DNA from: an uncultured Clostridia bacterium
Lineage (GTDB): Bacteria > Bacillota > Clostridia > Lachnospirales > CAMZNU01
Length of the DNA stretch: 64,000 nt
Direction: 5' to 3'
Assembly: GCA_947313885.1 (NCBI GenBank)
Contig: CAMZNU010000009.1
Location: 396-64,395 of the forward strand
Shown: in pieces, positions 18,264 through 27,685 of the stretch
Numbering within the stretch: the stretch's first letter is position 1
Layout of the letters: every line of letters begins with the position of its first letter
Position numbers and translations under genes: made by a program
Notes under the pieces: generated by a model
The model's database searches: none
The model's input: the letters and a program-made list of their open reading frames with translations, nothing else
What the model was told of the DNA's origin: nothing

Positions 18264-18842
18264 ATGTTAAATTACATATGGGGCGGAATGATATTAATAG
18301 GAATATTAGTATCAGCATTTACAGGTAATATGGAAGCAGTTACAAATACAACGATACAATCAAGTAGAGATGCTATAACATTATGTATTACGATATTAGG
18401 TGTTATATCTATGTGGTCTGGGATGATGAACATAGCAGAAAAATCAGGATTAATAGATACGTTATCAAATAAAATGTTACCTCTTTTAAAAATTATTTTT
18501 AATGAATTAGATGAGGATAGTAAAGCGTTTAAATATATAGCGACGAACATTATAGCAAATATGTTTGGGTTAGGATATGCGGCGACACCCGCGGGAATAA
18601 AAGCTATGGTTGAAATGCAAAAAGATAATAAGCATAAAGAAGTAGCTACAAATTCTATGTGTATATTTATGATAATAAATATGTCGAGTTTACAAATTGT
18701 ATCTATGAACATAATAGCGTATCGTGCTCAATATGGTTCAATAAATCCATCAGAAATAATAGGACCAGGTTTAATAACAACAGTAGTATCAACAATAGTT
18801 GGCGTAGGTTGTGCTAAATTTTTTGCATATAGGAGTAGATAA
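18264..18842 (+). CDS. spmA: spore maturation protein A (nucleoside-recognition/Gate domain membrane protein)
   Basis: MLNYIWGGMILIGILV N-terminus and IANMFGLGYAATPAGIKAM block typical of SpmA. Adjacent spmB. Confidence 0.85.
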   Translation: MLNYIWGGMILIGILVSAFTGNMEAVTNTTIQSSRDAITLCITILGVISMWSGMMNIAEKSGLIDTLSNKMLPLLKIIFNELDEDSKAFKYIATNIIANMFGLGYAATPAGIKAMVEMQKDNKHKEVATNSMCIFMIINMSSLQIVSMNIIAYRAQYGSINPSEIIGPGLITTVVSTIVGVGCAKFFAYRSR

Positions 18843-19376
18843 ATGGAATTTATTAGTTTGTTTTCAAATATGATAATACCTGTTGTATTTATAGTTATTC
18901 TGTATAATGGGTATAGTAAAAAAATTGATTTGTATGAAGCATTTAAAGATGGTGCCGTAGATGGGATGAAAGTAGTATTTGAGATTATGCCGACAATAAT
19001 AGGGCTTATGTTAGCAGTTGGAGTATTACGAGCAAGTGGGGCGTTACAAATACTTACAAATATGTTAAGTGGGTTATCGGATTTAATCGGATTTCCAAAT
19101 GAGGCATTACCCCTTACGTTTATGAGGCTAGTATCTAGTTCAGCATCTGTTGGATTGCTATTAGATATATTTGAGACGTATGGACCGGATTCGTATCTTG
19201 GAAGATTTGTATCGATAATGATGAGTTCAACAGAGACAATAATGTACACAATGAGTGTATATTTTATGAGTATAAAAGTTACAAAAACAAGATTTACATT
19301 AGCGGGAGCATTATTAGCAAATTTATCAGGAGTAATATTTTCGTTGTACATAACAAAAGTAGTATATGGTTATTAA
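18843..19376 (+). CDS. spmB: spore maturation protein B
   Basis: Start abuts the spmA stop. SpmB-type membrane protein (MPTIIGLMLAVGVLRASGA, PLTFMRLVSSSAS). Confidence 0.85.
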   Translation: MEFISLFSNMIIPVVFIVILYNGYSKKIDLYEAFKDGAVDGMKVVFEIMPTIIGLMLAVGVLRASGALQILTNMLSGLSDLIGFPNEALPLTFMRLVSSSASVGLLLDIFETYGPDSYLGRFVSIMMSSTETIMYTMSVYFMSIKVTKTRFTLAGALLANLSGVIFSLYITKVVYGY

Positions 19377-19425
19377 ATTTTATGGTATAATAACTATATA
19401 TGATTATACATAAGGAGGAGTAATA

Positions 19426-20607
19426 ATGAAGAGAATACTAGCAAGTGAAAGATATAATAAATTTAAATGTACAGGAAGTGAATGTATAGATAATTGTTGC
19501 CATAGCTGGGGAATAATTATTGATGATAAGACTATAGATAAATACAAAGGGTTAGAAAATGAACATGGGGAAAAAATTATAGATGCAATAGATATGGAAC
19601 ATAAAATGCTTAAGCTTGAAAAAAATGGAAAATGTTCCTTATTAGACGAGAAAGGACTTTGTTATATACATAGTAATTTAGGCTCAGAATATTTAAGCGT
19701 GACTTGTGCAAAGTACCCGCGAAAAATTTTAGAAGCTGGTAAAACTACATATGCTTCTATAGAGTTATCATGTCCTGTAAGTGTAGAAGATGCACTTTTT
19801 TCAAAAGATGAAAATACATTTTATGTAAAAGATATAGATAATAAACCCGAAAAAAATGTAAATCCATTAGATGATGCAGAAGAGGAGTTAATAACAAATA
19901 TAGCTATTATGACTATTACTATTTTAGAAAGAAGAGAAGTAAGCATAAAAAATAGATATACGTATTTAGCGATGTTGTTTGATACTTTACAAAAAACGGC
20001 TAATGAAGGTAAAGGTATTAAAGAATATTATGGAGTATTAAATAGTTATAAACTTGCTATTGATAGAAATATGCTAGAAGGATTATTTTTAGGAATTCCA
20101 ACAGAAAATAAGGAAGTTAAATGGACAATAGGTATACCAATATGTGATTTAATATATAAAGTTGCAGGTTATGGGGAGACATATAATGGCAGTAAAGAAA
20201 ATATAGAGTTTAAGGAACAATTAATAAAAAATGGCGAGAAGTTAAAAGAAGAAGGATTTGAAACGGTAAAAGAAAGATATGAAACGGTGTTACAAAAATA
20301 TATAGATGAAAATGAAGAAGTATTCGAAAACTATTTAAAAGAAATAATATTACTAGATATTTTTGGAACTAAAAAAGAAAAAATATTTAATAACATTATA
20401 TCTTCATATATTACGTTAGAAGGATTAAAATATTTTATAATATTAGCAACGTTGCATAAAGATGAAATAGAACATAGTGACATAGTTAATTCAATATATT
20501 TATTAGATAGAATAACGTCACATAAAAAAATTTACATTGATTTTAAAAAAGAAATGCTAAATAAAAAAAGAATGCTAAATATAGAAACAATGACGCAAAT
20601 AATATAA
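19426..20607 (+). CDS. FliB/YkgJ-type Cys-cluster protein (annotated in databases as flagellin lysine-N-methylase family)
   Basis: N-terminal FKCTGSECIDNCCHSWGIIID and a second GKCSLLDEKGLCYIH motif, as in the FliB family. Function here is uncertain. Confidence 0.5.
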   Translation: MKRILASERYNKFKCTGSECIDNCCHSWGIIIDDKTIDKYKGLENEHGEKIIDAIDMEHKMLKLEKNGKCSLLDEKGLCYIHSNLGSEYLSVTCAKYPRKILEAGKTTYASIELSCPVSVEDALFSKDENTFYVKDIDNKPEKNVNPLDDAEEELITNIAIMTITILERREVSIKNRYTYLAMLFDTLQKTANEGKGIKEYYGVLNSYKLAIDRNMLEGLFLGIPTENKEVKWTIGIPICDLIYKVAGYGETYNGSKENIEFKEQLIKNGEKLKEEGFETVKERYETVLQKYIDENEEVFENYLKEIILLDIFGTKKEKIFNNIISSYITLEGLKYFIILATLHKDEIEHSDIVNSIYLLDRITSHKKIYIDFKKEMLNKKRMLNIETMTQII

Positions 20608-20618
20608 AAATTAAAAGA

Positions 20619-20664
20619 AGCTTTACAATGCTAAAAGTATTTAGTGTTGTAAGGCTGTTTTTTT
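20619..20664 (+). terminator. rho-independent terminator
   Basis: AGCTTTACAA ... TTGTAAGGCT (one G-U) followed by T7. Confidence 0.6.
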
Positions 20665-20772
20665 AAAAAAATATGTATATTTAATAGAGAAAAGCAAATA
20701 AATAAACTTGATAAAAATATTTAAATTATGTAGTATAAAGAGTAATATGGTTTTTACATTGAGGAGGGACTT

Positions 20773-22167
20773 ATGAAATATGATGTAATAATAGTAGGTG
20801 GAGGTCCATCGGGAATATTCACAGCATACGAGCTAACGAGAATAGCACCGAATAAAAAAGTATTATTAGTAGATAAAGGGCGAGATATTTACAAAAGAAG
20901 TTGCCCTATTTTAAATGGAAAAATAAAAACTTGTCCAGAAAATGGATGTTTGCCAGCATGTTCAATAACGGCAGGATTTGGGGGAGCTGGGGCATATAGT
21001 GATGGTAAATTTAATATAACGACAGAGTTTGGTGGTTGGTTATCGGACTATATGACAAAAGATAAATTAATGGAACTAATCGATTATGTAGATAAAATAA
21101 ATTTAGAACACGGTGCGACGAAAAAAATAACAGATCCGTCAACAGATGAAGTAAGATTAATAGAGCAAAAAGCATCAGGAGCAGGATTAAAATTATTACG
21201 TTCAAAAGTTAGACATTTAGGAACGGAAGAAAATTTAGAAATATTAAAAAAAATATCAAAATACTTAGAAGATAAAATAGAAATGAAATTTGGAGAGAAA
21301 GTAAAAGATATAATAACAGAAGGAAATAAAGCAGTAGGAATAGAGTTAGAAAATGGCGAAAAAATTTTAGGCGAAAAAATAGTAGTGGCACCAGGACGAG
21401 ACGGAGCAAGTTGGCTTAGTGAAATATTAATAAAAAGAGGGTTAAAAGTTGCATCAAATCAAGTAGATGTAGGAGTTAGATTAGAAACATCAGACGTTAT
21501 AATGCAAGATATAAATAAACATTTATATGAAGGTAAATTTATATTTAACACGTCATTAGGAACTACAGTTAGAACATTTTGTTCAAATCCGTCGGGACAT
21601 GTAGTAGTAGAGAACCATAGCGGTATAGTAGCGGCAAATGGACATGCATATAGTGATCCTAAGTTAGGGTCAGAAAATACAAATTTTGCACTATTAGTAT
21701 CACATACATTTGATGAACCGTTTACAAAGCCTACAGAATATGCAAAAGCGGTATGTAAATTAGCAAATGATTTAACGTCTGGAAGTGTAATAGTACAAAA
21801 ATATGGAGACATAATAAGGGGAAGACGTTCTACAAAAAAGAGAATTAAAGAAGGATTTTTAGAACCTACGTTAAAAGAAGCTGTTCCAGGAGATATAGGG
21901 TTAGTGCTACCATATATTACTATGAAAAGTTTAATAGAAATGATGGATGCATTAAATGTAGTGACTCCAGGAATATCAGCAGAGCATACGTTGTTTTATG
22001 GAGTAGAGGCAAAATTTTATTCAGCAAGACCAAAATTAGATAATGATTTAAGAAGTGAGATAGAAAATTTATACTGTGCAGGGGATGGTGCAGGTATAAC
22101 AAGAGGGCTAGCACAAGCAGGAGCGGCAGGAGTACACGTTGCAAGAAGCATAATAAAAAACATATAA
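20773..22167 (+). CDS. FAD-dependent oxidoreductase (COG2509-type uncharacterised dehydrogenase)
   Basis: N-terminal dinucleotide fold YDVIIVGGGPSGIFTA and C-terminal LYCAGDGAGITRGLAQA. Confidence 0.75.
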   Translation: MKYDVIIVGGGPSGIFTAYELTRIAPNKKVLLVDKGRDIYKRSCPILNGKIKTCPENGCLPACSITAGFGGAGAYSDGKFNITTEFGGWLSDYMTKDKLMELIDYVDKINLEHGATKKITDPSTDEVRLIEQKASGAGLKLLRSKVRHLGTEENLEILKKISKYLEDKIEMKFGEKVKDIITEGNKAVGIELENGEKILGEKIVVAPGRDGASWLSEILIKRGLKVASNQVDVGVRLETSDVIMQDINKHLYEGKFIFNTSLGTTVRTFCSNPSGHVVVENHSGIVAANGHAYSDPKLGSENTNFALLVSHTFDEPFTKPTEYAKAVCKLANDLTSGSVIVQKYGDIIRGRRSTKKRIKEGFLEPTLKEAVPGDIGLVLPYITMKSLIEMMDALNVVTPGISAEHTLFYGVEAKFYSARPKLDNDLRSEIENLYCAGDGAGITRGLAQAGAAGVHVARSIIKNI

Positions 22168-22185
22168 GTATAAAGGAGTTAGATT

Positions 22186-23616
22186 ATGGAATATAAATAC
22201 GAATCACCTTTAAATGAAAGATATGCAAGTAAAGAGATGAAAAAAATATTTTCAAAAGAAAAGAAGTTTACAACGTGGAGAAAGTTGTGGGTAGCTCTTG
22301 CAAAAAGTGAAAAGGAATTAGGGTTAAACATAACGAGTGAGCAAATAAAAGAATTAGAGAGTTATGAAAACATATTAAATTTAGAAGTAGCTGTTGAAAG
22401 AGAGAAAGTAGTAAGACATGACGTTATGAGTCACGTATATGCATATGGAGTACAATGCCCTAAAGCTAAAGGTATAATTCATTTAGGAGCTACGTCGTGT
22501 TACGTAGGAGACAATACAGATTTAATAATAATGCGTGAAGGACTTATATTAATTAGAAGTAAAGTAGTGTCTGTTATGAATCAGTTAATGAAGTTTGCAG
22601 ATCAATATAAAAGTTTGCCAACGTTAGGGTTTACCCATTTTCAGTCAGCCCAGTTAACGACAGTAGGTAAAAGAGCGACACTTTGGATAAACGAATTATT
22701 ATTAGATTATGAAGAACTAAATTTTATAATAGATAGTTTAAAATTATTAGGGTCTAAAGGTACGACGGGGACACAAGCAAGTTTTTTAGAACTGTTTGAT
22801 GGAGACCATGAAAAAGTTAAAAAGTTAGATGAGTTAATAGCAAAAGAAGTAGGGTTTAAAGAAGTGTACCCAGTAAGTGGACAAACTTATTCAAGAAAAA
22901 TAGATTCAAGAATATTAAATGTATTAAGTGGAATAGCACAAAGTGCGAGTAAATTTAGTAATGATATGAGATTGTTACAACATTTAAAAGAAATAGAAGA
23001 ACCATTTGGTAAAAATCAAATAGGATCATCAGCAATGGCATATAAAAGAAACCCAATGAGATCAGAAAGAATATCAGCACTATCAAGGTTTGTAATGGTA
23101 AACACGTTAAATCCAGCATTTACGGCAAGTGTGCAGTGGTTTGAAAGAACGTTAGATGATAGTGCAAATAAAAGACTAGCAGTACCAGAAAGTTTTTTAG
23201 CAGTAGATGGAATGTTAGATATATATTTAAACGTATCGACATCGCTAGTTGTGTATGAAAAAATTATAGATAAAAGAATCCAAGAGGAATTACCGTTTAT
23301 GGCAACGGAAAACATAATAATGATGTCAGTAAAAAAAGGATTAGATAGACAAGAAGTACATGAAATAATTAGAGAACATTCAATGGAAGCGGGGAAAGTG
23401 GTAAAAGAAAAAGGACTTAAAAATGATTTAATAGAGAGAATAGTAAAAGATAAAAGATTAGATATAAATGAAGAAGATTTAAAAGATACGTTAAAAAGTA
23501 AAAATTATATAGGAAGAAGTAAAGAGCAAGTAGAAGAATTTTTAGACGGATATATAAGACCTATAATAAAAAAACACGAGAATGAAATAATAGAAGATGT
23601 AAAGATGAAAGTATAA
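22186..23616 (+). CDS. purB: adenylosuccinate lyase
   Basis: YESPLNERYASKEM N-terminus and fumarate-lyase signature GSSAMAYKRNP. Confidence 0.95.
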   Translation: MEYKYESPLNERYASKEMKKIFSKEKKFTTWRKLWVALAKSEKELGLNITSEQIKELESYENILNLEVAVEREKVVRHDVMSHVYAYGVQCPKAKGIIHLGATSCYVGDNTDLIIMREGLILIRSKVVSVMNQLMKFADQYKSLPTLGFTHFQSAQLTTVGKRATLWINELLLDYEELNFIIDSLKLLGSKGTTGTQASFLELFDGDHEKVKKLDELIAKEVGFKEVYPVSGQTYSRKIDSRILNVLSGIAQSASKFSNDMRLLQHLKEIEEPFGKNQIGSSAMAYKRNPMRSERISALSRFVMVNTLNPAFTASVQWFERTLDDSANKRLAVPESFLAVDGMLDIYLNVSTSLVVYEKIIDKRIQEELPFMATENIIMMSVKKGLDRQEVHEIIREHSMEAGKVVKEKGLKNDLIERIVKDKRLDINEEDLKDTLKSKNYIGRSKEQVEEFLDGYIRPIIKKHENEIIEDVKMKV

Positions 23617-23632
23617 TAGGAGGAATAAAAGA

Positions 23633-24910
23633 ATGGTTAAAGCAATAGTAGGAGCAAATTGGGGCGATGAAGGTAAAGGGAAAATAACAGATTTACTAGC
23701 AGAAAAAGCGGATTACGTAGTAAGATTTCAAGGTGGAAGTAATGCAGGACATACTATAATTAACGAATATGGAAAATTTGCACTTCATCAATTACCATCA
23801 GGAATATTTACAGACGGCGTAGTAAATGTAATAGGTAACGGAGTAGCAGTAAACGTTGAGTACTTAATAGAAGAAATGAAATCAGTAGAATCAGCTAAAA
23901 AAGAATTAAATTTATTAATTTCAAATAGAGCACAAATTTTATTGCCACACCATATATTATTAGACGTATATGAAGAAGAAAGATTAGGGGATAAAAAATT
24001 TGGATCAACTAAATCAGGAATAGCACCTTTTTATTCAGATAAGTATGCAAAAGTAGGATTACAAGTAGGAGAGCTTTTTGATAATGATGGATTAGAAGAA
24101 AAAATAAAAGGTATTTATGAAAAAGTAAACGTTATATTAAAACACTTATATAATAAGGAAGAAATAAATTATAAAGACGTTTTAAAAACATTAGAGGAAA
24201 ATAAAAAATTCTTAACAAAATACGTAGCAGATACGTCACTAATTTTAAGAAAAGCGATAAAAGAAAATAAAACTATTTTATTAGAAGGACAGTTAGGAGC
24301 ATTAAAAGATACAGATCACGGAATATATCCATATGTAACGTCATCATCAACGTTAGCAGGATATAGTACAGTAGGTGCAGGAATACCACCATATGCAATT
24401 CAAAATATAGTAGCTGTTACAAAAGCATACTCTACAGCAGTAGGAGAAGGACCATTTGTAGGAGAATTATTTGGAGAAGCTGGAGAATTATTAAGAGAAA
24501 AAGGTGGAGATAAAGGAGAGTATGGTGCTACAACAGGTAGAGCAAGACGAGTAGCATATTTTGATGTTGTAGCTACTAGATACGGCTTACAATGTCAAGG
24601 AGCTACAGAAGTAGCGCTTACAGCAATTGACGTATTAGCATATTTAGAAGAAATTCCAGTGTGTGTAGCATATGAAATTGATGGGGAAAGAGTTGAGGAT
24701 TTTGGAACTACACCAGAACTTTACAAAGCAAAACCTATATATGAAATGTTAAAAGGTTGGAAATGTGACATAAGAGGAATAACAAATTATGACGACTTAC
24801 CAAAAGAAGCTAAAGAATATGTTAAATATATTGAAGAAAAAATAGGTGTACCAATTAAAACAGTATCAACAGGACCAAAGAGACATGAAATAATAACAGA
24901 AGTGAAATAA
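23633..24910 (+). CDS. purA: adenylosuccinate synthetase
   Basis: GANWGDEGKGKITD P-loop, QGGSNAGHT, GTTGRARR. Confidence 0.95.
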   Translation: MVKAIVGANWGDEGKGKITDLLAEKADYVVRFQGGSNAGHTIINEYGKFALHQLPSGIFTDGVVNVIGNGVAVNVEYLIEEMKSVESAKKELNLLISNRAQILLPHHILLDVYEEERLGDKKFGSTKSGIAPFYSDKYAKVGLQVGELFDNDGLEEKIKGIYEKVNVILKHLYNKEEINYKDVLKTLEENKKFLTKYVADTSLILRKAIKENKTILLEGQLGALKDTDHGIYPYVTSSSTLAGYSTVGAGIPPYAIQNIVAVTKAYSTAVGEGPFVGELFGEAGELLREKGGDKGEYGATTGRARRVAYFDVVATRYGLQCQGATEVALTAIDVLAYLEEIPVCVAYEIDGERVEDFGTTPELYKAKPIYEMLKGWKCDIRGITNYDDLPKEAKEYVKYIEEKIGVPIKTVSTGPKRHEIITEVK

Positions 24911-24923
24911 AAATTAATATTTA

Positions 24924-24951
24924 AAAATGACCTGTAAAGGTCATTTTTTTT
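24924..24951 (+). terminator. rho-independent terminator of purBA
   Basis: ATGACCT-gta-AAGGTCAT followed by T8. Confidence 0.75.
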
Positions 24952-24990
24952 GTTTAAAGAATAAGTATTACTACATAATTATAAAATATA

Positions 24991-25019
24991 TTGACATATT
25001 CACCCATATATAGTGTAAT
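24991..25019 (+). promoter_or_regulatory. sigma-A-type promoter of the three-gene island (TTGACA-17 nt-TGTAAT)
   Basis: Perfect -35, 17-nt spacer, 5/6 match at -10, about 40 nt upstream of the ORF1 start. Confidence 0.55.
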
Positions 25020-25057
25020 TATACAATAAATACAAAATATATAGGAGGTTTAATTGT

Positions 25058-26359
25058 ATGGAAAGTAATTTTAAAGAGAAAATTGAAAATCATAAAGATT
25101 TAAAAGGTAAAATCAAAGATAGTACCTATGAAAAACTTGCTAATTTATATGAAGAAATAATTTCATTTACATCAGCAGAGGAAATGATGGAAAAGAGTAT
25201 TGAATATAGAAAAAAAATATTAATCATTAGAAGTCTCTTAGAGGAATATAAAGATGGTGATGATGAAAAAAGAAAAGAAATAATAGATTATTATATTAAT
25301 AATAATAAGTTGAAAGAGTTAAATAGTATTGGTCTTTGTTGGTATTACGATATGAAGTTTAAAAGAAGTAAGGCAACTTTATATAGTAGTAACTACGAGG
25401 GTGCTAGTAATTGGGAAGAGAAATTTAAAGAAAAAGAATTTGAAAAAAAAGAAAAATTAGTACAATTCATATTTAAAACATGTAATATGCATATAAATAA
25501 AGGGAATAAGCATGTAAAATTAAAATCATTATCAACATCATTTTTTACTGTCCTTTATAAATACATGGAAATTGATAAAGATAATAATGCAAATTTATAT
25601 ATTATAAAAAATGCAGAAATAAATTTTATTGAAACTCATAAAAGAGAATCATTGCAACAATACATAGTATCGGAAAATAGAGTAGAAAACACAAAATTTT
25701 GCATAGCATTTGGTGACGCTAGAGATAAGAACCTAGATAATTATAATAAATGGGGAAGGAATTATAATAAAGAACATATAGAAATAGTAGAAAGAAACAA
25801 TGGAGATGAAGAAAATAAAACAGGTCTTGGTAGTCGCATCTCACCAATTAAAGATGAAGAAGTTATAGTGAGTCATGAGTTTTGGGATATTGAAAAGTAT
25901 GAATCAAGCTCAGAAATAGAACCAGAATCAAAAAAATGCTATCATTTTACGTTTAATTTACCAGAATATGGTCATTTGCTTTATTGTTTCTTTAGACTTT
26001 ATAACGATGATAGTGAAATAAATAATAATGAAATAAAAATAGATGACGATGCTAAAAAAGAAATGAAAGATTACATTAAAAAAATTATAGAGTTAATAAA
26101 AAAACAGATAGAAGAACTAGAAGAGCTAGAAGAAGTAGAAAAGATAAAAGATAGAAAAGAGATATTTAAAAGTATACAAGAGGAACTAGAAAATAAAATA
26201 GATGATGTTTCATATGAAAAAATAGAAACAGTTTTATCGCTTATAGATTGGAAAATAGAAAAGAAAGAAAAGAAAAAGATGAAAATACGTAAAAGAGATA
26301 ACCAAAATACATTAAATCTAATAGCCAATTTATTTAAAGAAGGTCTAAAAAATGTATAA
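25058..26359 (+). CDS. hypothetical protein, island gene 1 (433 aa, no recognisable domain, E/K-rich coiled-coil C-terminus)
   Basis: Long ORF with SD AGGAGG 9 nt upstream. Same strand as, and overlapping or abutting, the next gene. No motif I can assign. Confidence 0.75.
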   Translation: MESNFKEKIENHKDLKGKIKDSTYEKLANLYEEIISFTSAEEMMEKSIEYRKKILIIRSLLEEYKDGDDEKRKEIIDYYINNNKLKELNSIGLCWYYDMKFKRSKATLYSSNYEGASNWEEKFKEKEFEKKEKLVQFIFKTCNMHINKGNKHVKLKSLSTSFFTVLYKYMEIDKDNNANLYIIKNAEINFIETHKRESLQQYIVSENRVENTKFCIAFGDARDKNLDNYNKWGRNYNKEHIEIVERNNGDEENKTGLGSRISPIKDEEVIVSHEFWDIEKYESSSEIEPESKKCYHFTFNLPEYGHLLYCFFRLYNDDSEINNNEIKIDDDAKKEMKDYIKKIIELIKKQIEELEELEEVEKIKDRKEIFKSIQEELENKIDDVSYEKIETVLSLIDWKIEKKEKKKMKIRKRDNQNTLNLIANLFKEGLKNV

Positions 26360-26375
26360 AGAAAAGGAGGTAATA

Positions 26376-27677
26376 ATGAATAATAGTGATAACAATAAAA
26401 TGTTTACCTTTGAATATATTGTAAACAATTATTTTAATAAATATGAAGTATACATACCAATAATTCAGAGAAATTATAAGTGGGACAAAGAAACAGCGGC
26501 AAAATTAGTAACAGATCTATGGGATGCATTTGATAATAAAAGGGGAAAATATACAGCAGGAATGATTACAACATACAAAGAAGAAGAAAAAGAAAATGGA
26601 AAAACAAAAATGCAACTAGTAGATGGTCAGCAACGAATAATAACATTATATATGTTACTTAAAATAATAGATCCATCTAAAGAGTACTTCACATTTAAAT
26701 TTGAAAGAGATGATGGACTAGAAGAAAAAAAGACTAGAGAATATTATTTAAAAAATATTAATAATCATAAAGAATATTCTATTGTAGATACAGATAGATT
26801 TAAAGAAAATTATTACGAGATGGACAGAAGGTTAAAGGAAGCAAAAAACTATTCTAAAGAGAGACATAATGAATTTTGTGAATACATAATGAAAAATTTA
26901 TATATGTTAATGCACATAAGTGAAATAGAGCCTTTTGATGAATTTATGAATATAAATAAAAACAAAACAAGATTTGTTATTTCGGATAGAATAAAAACTA
27001 ATTTACTTTTAGATTCAAAAAAAGAAAATAAAGAAGAAGTTTTAGAACTTTTTGAACAATTATCAAAATCGATGTTTACAGATAAGGTATGGGATTTAGT
27101 ATCACGAGGATATACGGGAGAAGAAATCATAGAAGGTAAACGTAAAAGAACGTATCATTATAAAGATGAAAACAGATTGAAACTATTATGCTGTGAACGT
27201 CATGGAGATAGTGAATATGATGTTACTAGTATATCAAAGTACGATTTTAAAGAAGAGCTACAGTATTTAAAACATTATAATGAACTTTTAAAAACAATAA
27301 AAGAAGATATGAATGCACAAAAATGGAAATCTTATAATGCATTTAATTGTATGTATGAAATAAATTATTCAGAAGAAAAAAGGTTCTTTTCAATAATAAA
27401 GGAAAAAAAGGAAAACTATAAAATAGAGAACTACTTTTTAGACGAGTACAAAAAATTAGGATATTTAGATAAAAATATTTTTATTGAAGCACAGTCATTA
27501 AGGGAAGAACGAGAAAATAAAGAGAAAGAAGAGAAAAAGAAAGAAGAGAAAGAGGAAGAAAATCTTTTAAAAAGCATTGAATCGAAAAACGATGAATGGA
27601 TAAACCATGATGAAGATGATATTAAAATATTTGAAGAAATATATAAACAATATATATACCTAAAATACAAAAAATAG
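26376..27677 (+). CDS. DUF262 (ParB/Srx-like, GmrSD N-terminal type) domain protein, island gene 2; no DUF1524/HNH detected
   Basis: Motifs IPIIQRNYKW, VDGQQRIITLYML, FMNINKNKTRFVISDRIKTNL. Start set at the ATG 5 nt after AAGGAGG. An alternative ATG at 26352 overlaps the ORF1 stop. Confidence 0.8.
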   Translation: MNNSDNNKMFTFEYIVNNYFNKYEVYIPIIQRNYKWDKETAAKLVTDLWDAFDNKRGKYTAGMITTYKEEEKENGKTKMQLVDGQQRIITLYMLLKIIDPSKEYFTFKFERDDGLEEKKTREYYLKNINNHKEYSIVDTDRFKENYYEMDRRLKEAKNYSKERHNEFCEYIMKNLYMLMHISEIEPFDEFMNINKNKTRFVISDRIKTNLLLDSKKENKEEVLELFEQLSKSMFTDKVWDLVSRGYTGEEIIEGKRKRTYHYKDENRLKLLCCERHGDSEYDVTSISKYDFKEELQYLKHYNELLKTIKEDMNAQKWKSYNAFNCMYEINYSEEKRFFSIIKEKKENYKIENYFLDEYKKLGYLDKNIFIEAQSLREERENKEKEEKKKEEKEEENLLKSIESKNDEWINHDEDDIKIFEEIYKQYIYLKYKK

Positions 27678-27685
27678 GAGGGAAT

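Noticed and set aside
18272-19351. 146-aa and 207-aa minus-strand ORFs opposite spmA/spmB
   Set aside because: Reverse-frame artefacts. The + strand genes have SDs, family motifs and start/stop abutment.
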